Below are positions 52,948 to 53,670 of a DNA stretch of 53,670 nucleotides, one piece after another. Under the pieces are notes generated by a model that saw only the letters and a list, made by a program, of their open reading frames with translations, ran no database searches and was not told the origin of the DNA. A program made the translations under genes and the position numbers. The number at the start of each line of letters is the position of its first letter. Within the stretch, counting starts at the first letter, position 1. This DNA comes from Oscillospiraceae bacterium (GTDB lineage Bacteria; Bacillota; Clostridia; Oscillospirales; Oscillospiraceae), in assembly GCA_009776905.1 (NCBI GenBank), contig WRMX01000001.1, positions 1 through 53,670 on the forward strand, given 5' to 3'.

Positions 52948-53219
52948 TTCACGCGTGACTGTTCACGCCCTTGCGCTCGGCAGACGTTTTTTTTGCTTCA
53001 TTTGTGCTCAAATGAGGCATCCTTGCCTCAGTTTCGCACCGCTCCGCTTCCTTGCATGGGGCCCCCGAAAAGCCGCATGGCTTTTTGGGGAGAGGAAGAG
53101 CGACATAGTGAGTGAGCTTTTGCACTTGTGCGGAAGCGAATGATACGTAGTCCGCGATGACGACTAATGAAGCAAAAATAAACGTCTACCTCACCAGGCG
53201 TGAATTGTAACATTCACGC
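52948..53219. repeat. Long imperfect palindrome / hairpin-rich element between ytfI and ytfJ
   Basis: Arms 52981-53002 (CAGACGTTTTTTTTGCTTCATT) and 53166-53189 (AATGAAGCAAAAATAAACGTCTAC) are about 22/24 complementary. Central hairpin CCCCGAAAAGCC-GCAT-GGCTTTTTGGGG at about 53063-53090. Local hairpins TGAGGCA-TCCT-TGCCTCA (53013-53030) and GCGTGAAT-TGTAAC-ATTCACGC (53198-53219). Confidence 0.75.
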
Positions 53220-53226
53220 TCCAATG

Positions 53227-53670
53227 TCATCCTGAGCGAAGCCCCTGCTTCTCGCGCCCCTGCTTGCCCGATACTATGCCTATCATCGGAAGGAGAGCCA
53301 CCGCGATATAGAAGACCTCCCATATCGAAAGCGATAGAACCGCCTTCAAGTATATTTGCATCTCATGCGAGTTGAAATCGGCGGATGTGCGCAAATCGCG
53401 CCGCCTTATCCTGAAAGCTCTTTCCAAGAGAGGCATGAACGTCCCGAAAGCGGCGTTTGCAGCGCCGAACATCATAGCGGTTTTGGACGGATCTTCATTC
53501 GCGGCGACGAGGTTCACCGTGAGCGTCTTGATCAGCAGCCTGCGTCGAAGCCGCCCCAGCGCTTTCATCCCTATCGGCAGCATGCTCTTGAACATTTTAA
53601 AAGACCCGGGTTTCTCCTTTTCCGCCTTCGGTTCGACCTCTTTTTTCGCCTTTTTCGCTTTCCTGGCTTT
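53227..53670 (-). CDS. DUF2953-like sporulation-associated protein (YtfI-like), 5' end beyond the window
   Basis: I checked codon by codon that the frame stays open to the window edge. A Lys-rich segment is followed by LTVNLVAANEDPSKTAMMFGAANAAFGTFMPLLE. Sits upstream of ytfJ as ytfI does in Bacilli. The last codons overlap a copy of the dispersed repeat (GTCATCCTGAGCGAAGC at 53226). Confidence 0.65.
   Translation of the reverse strand, partial: KARKAKKAKKEVEPKAEKEKPGSFKMFKSMLPIGMKALGRLRRRLLIKTLTVNLVAANEDPSKTAMMFGAANAAFGTFMPLLERAFRIRRRDLRTSADFNSHEMQIYLKAVLSLSIWEVFYIAVALLPMIGIVSGKQGREKQGLRSG

Noticed and set aside
1-53670. tRNA, rRNA, tmRNA, SRP RNA or RNase P genes; transposases, IS elements or prophage genes
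   Set aside because: I scanned spacers by eye for T-loop-like GTTCGAATC/GGTTCAAATCC motifs and cloverleaf-sized GC-rich segments and found none. No ORF shows DDE or serine transposase motifs or phage structural motifs. A formal tRNAscan or Infernal run would be needed to be certain.

Overview
GC-rich chromosomal segment, about 60% GC by eye, that looks like a spore-forming Clostridia genome (ytfI-ytfJ, PASTA kinase, SLH protein, cdaA-cdaR, ispH-S1 fusion). Most of it is conserved housekeeping operons. Plus strand: smc-ftsY-rdgB, a fused nadD-yqeK, LCP, rsfS and a D-Ala-D-Ala carboxypeptidase. Minus strand: yicC-remA-rpoZ-priA-def-fmt-rsmB-rlmN-stp-prkC-rsgA-leuS, DUF5685/J-domain/membrane genes, cdaA-cdaR, carD-ispD-ispF, flavoprotein-cmk-plsC-ispH/rpsA, rpiR, and ytfI-ytfJ-rluB. 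Three visibly AT-richer patches look accessory. (1) 104-3967 encodes a 1287-aa secreted protein combining a C-type lectin (QPD/WND), a class-3 lipase-like domain and SLH repeats. (2) About 36.96-42.1 kb is an island carrying dinJ, a truncated yafQ, an 1143-aa double-FtsX permease with no ATPase, and an overlapping DUF3990-like/DUF3791-like pair. (3) 51.0-51.6 kb holds an orphan ORF. The island is my best candidate for an uncharacterised system, because the DUF3990-like protein shows a PARP-like HGS...GFY signature; this is inference only. The other striking property is repeat instability at every scale. A 132-bp compound tetranucleotide microsatellite fills the rsgA-leuS spacer, where no T-box leader fits. 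A 31-bp tandem array lies between rlmN and stp. In-frame tandem repeats and low-complexity insertions sit inside many essential proteins (Def, RsgA, RsmB, PrkC, IspH-S1 and others). Two dispersed short intergenic repeat families and a long imperfect palindrome are also present. gmk and coaBC are missing from their usual remA-rpoZ-priA positions. I recognised no tRNA, rRNA, CRISPR array, transposase or obvious prophage. All calls come from reading the sequence and translations from memory of protein families; no searches were run.
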